From NCBI GenBank assembly GCA_963850905.1, contig CAWKMU010000003.1, positions 1,216,001-1,280,000 on the forward strand: 64,000 bases of DNA, read 5' to 3'. The translations under genes and the position numbers were made by a program. Shown here in pieces: positions 62,455 through 64,000 of the stretch; positions within the stretch are counted from its first letter, which is position 1; every line of letters starts with the position of its first letter. This stretch comes from an uncultured Gemmatimonadales bacterium (GTDB lineage: Bacteria; Gemmatimonadota; Gemmatimonadetes; Gemmatimonadales; Gemmatimonadaceae). The notes under the pieces were generated by a model. It was not told the DNA's origin. It made no database searches and saw only the letters and a program-made list of their open reading frames with translations.

Positions 62455-62487
62455 CGGCCGCGTCAGCGGCCGCCGGGGGTCCCCGCA

Positions 62488-63570
62488 ATGAGTGAATGGC
62501 AGAAGCAATTGCGAGAAGACAGCGTCGCGACCCTCGAGGCGTTGGCGGAGCGGTTCGGGTCGGATGTGATCGACGTCGAGGCGCTCCGCCCGGCGTTCGA
62601 GTCGTTTCAGATGCGCATCACGCCGGCCGCACTTGAGCAGATCCGCGAGGTTGGAGACCCGATGTGGCAGCAGTACGTGCCCACGGTGCGCGAGCTCGAG
62701 GTGGCCGATGGGGTCGTCGACTCGCTCAACGAAGACGCGGATTCCCCCGTTCCCAACATCACGCATCGCTATCCGGACCGCGCGCTCTTCCTCGTCAGCC
62801 CGGTCTGTGCGTCGTATTGTCGATTCTGCACCCGACGCCGCAAAGTCGGCGATCCCGAGAAGATTCCCCTCAACCAGTACGACAGCGCCTTCGCCTATCT
62901 GCGGGCGCACGCCGAGATCCGGGATGTAATTCTGAGCGGCGGCGACCCGATGATGCTCTCGGACCGACGGCTCGAGTATCTGTTCCAGCGGCTGCGCGAG
63001 ATCCCGCACATCGAAATCATTCGTATCGGGAGCCGCATCACATCGCATCTCCCCGAGCGGATCACGCCCGAGTTCTGCGAGATGGTGCAGCGTTACCACC
63101 CCGTCTTCATGAACACGCACTTCAACCATCCGGATGAGCTCACGCCCGCCGCTGTGGCGGCGCTCGACCGGTTGTCCAAGGCGGGAGTGCCGCTCGGATG
63201 CCAGACGGTGCTGCTCAAGGGTGTCAACGACGACCCGGTGATCATGCGGGAGCTCATGCATCGGCTGCTCAAGGCGCGCGTCCGTCCCTACTACATCTAC
63301 ATGTGTGACCCGGTCGCTGGCGGCGAGCACTTCCGTACGACCGTACAAAAGGGGTTGGAGATCATCCGGGCGCTCCGTGGATGGACGTCAGGCCTCGCGG
63401 TACCGCATTTCGTGATCGACGCGCCGGGGGGTGGTGGCAAGGTGCCCTTGCTCCCGGAGTACGTTGAGTCGATGACTGACGACGAGGTGGTGTTCAGGAA
63501 CTACGAGGGGCGTCGGTTCGTGTATAAGCAGCCAGTCGGGGAACTGCAGGCGTTGGGTCCGAGAGGCTGA
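62488..63570 (+). CDS. kamA: KamA-family radical SAM / PLP enzyme (lysine 2,3-aminomutase-like)
   Basis: THRYPDR, CASYCRFC.RRR, SGGDP, THFNHP.E, QTVLLKGVND, YMCD, IDAPGGGGKVP. Confidence 0.93.
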   Translation: MSEWQKQLREDSVATLEALAERFGSDVIDVEALRPAFESFQMRITPAALEQIREVGDPMWQQYVPTVRELEVADGVVDSLNEDADSPVPNITHRYPDRALFLVSPVCASYCRFCTRRRKVGDPEKIPLNQYDSAFAYLRAHAEIRDVILSGGDPMMLSDRRLEYLFQRLREIPHIEIIRIGSRITSHLPERITPEFCEMVQRYHPVFMNTHFNHPDELTPAAVAALDRLSKAGVPLGCQTVLLKGVNDDPVIMRELMHRLLKARVRPYYIYMCDPVAGGEHFRTTVQKGLEIIRALRGWTSGLAVPHFVIDAPGGGGKVPLLPEYVESMTDDEVVFRNYEGRRFVYKQPVGELQALGPRG

Positions 63571-63588
63571 GGGGCCGGACGGGCGCCG

Positions 63589-63629
63589 CGGGCGCTACGC
63601 GCCCGAGAGAGGGGAAAGGAGAAAGGGGA
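63589..63629. repeat. CGGGCGCTACGCGCCCG hairpin plus purine heptamer tail
   Basis: cgggcgctacgcgcccgagagaggggaaaggagaaagggga just after the kamA stop. Confidence 0.75.
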
Positions 63630-64000
63630 CCTGTGACAGCGACTCCGCCTCGCCCTCGGGCCTCAGGCGAAGCTCAGGTCTCGCCGTAGCGCGCGATGTG
63701 TCCGCGCGCGGCCGTCCGCGCGATCCAACGAAAGACGAGATGGAGCGCTACAGCGCTTCGCGACATGTCCAACGCGGTGGACAATCAATCGCCCGCACGG
63801 CGAGACATCTCGAGCCATGCCGGCGGGCGGTCAGTTTCGACATAGTTGGTGTATAACGTCTTAGCCGACCGCTTGACGCTCGCGCGGTCGGCACCGCGTG
63901 TGCCGTACACCGGAGTAGTGCTCCGGCACGGACTTCGCTCGCGCAGCACTGAGGTCATACGGGCCGGTGTCGGAGGGAATCTGAAGCAGTTCCTGGGAGG

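Noticed and set aside
62488..63570. kamA as epmB of EF-P beta-lysylation
   Set aside because: No efp or epmA in the window and the context is ATP-grasp ligases; not fully excluded.
63864..64000. Possible structured RNA or riboswitch (several short complementary stems) at the window end
   Set aside because: No family consensus that I can recognise, short stems are expected at this GC content, and the region is truncated; needs an Infernal/Rfam search.

Overview
GC-rich bacterial chromosomal segment. Gene content and protein style suggest Gemmatimonadota (inference, no search run). It holds about 52 CDS and no recognisable rRNA, tRNA, CRISPR array or transposase. Housekeeping and envelope genes include an ECF sigma/anti-sigma pair, an ABC exporter, a DoxX-peroxiredoxin-DsbA redox cluster, sufE, recQ, sucA, nadBAC, tamAB-like genes, rho, thyX and DUF1800/DUF1501. 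Accessory loci are egtB-egtD-egtA with an Opu/EgtUV-type ABC transporter, and two Ddl-like ATP-grasp ligases plus a KamA radical SAM enzyme. The best candidate for an undescribed system is 48.4-52.5 kb. There, a 39-aa secreted lipopeptide gene missed by the ORF track (C-terminal Cys-X8-Cys loop) faces a 411-aa TPR protein across a shared terminator. It is divergent from a receiver-like/AraC regulator, with a stand-alone receiver and a HisKA-only protein nearby. The layout resembles Rap-Phr/RRNPP peptide signalling, but in a diderm. Seven ORF-breaking lesions all sit at or beside GATG/CATC, which points to motif-linked long-read errors rather than true pseudogenes. Intergenic DNA carries GTAG-type REPs and several families of 7-bp tandem repeats, often as inverted pairs.
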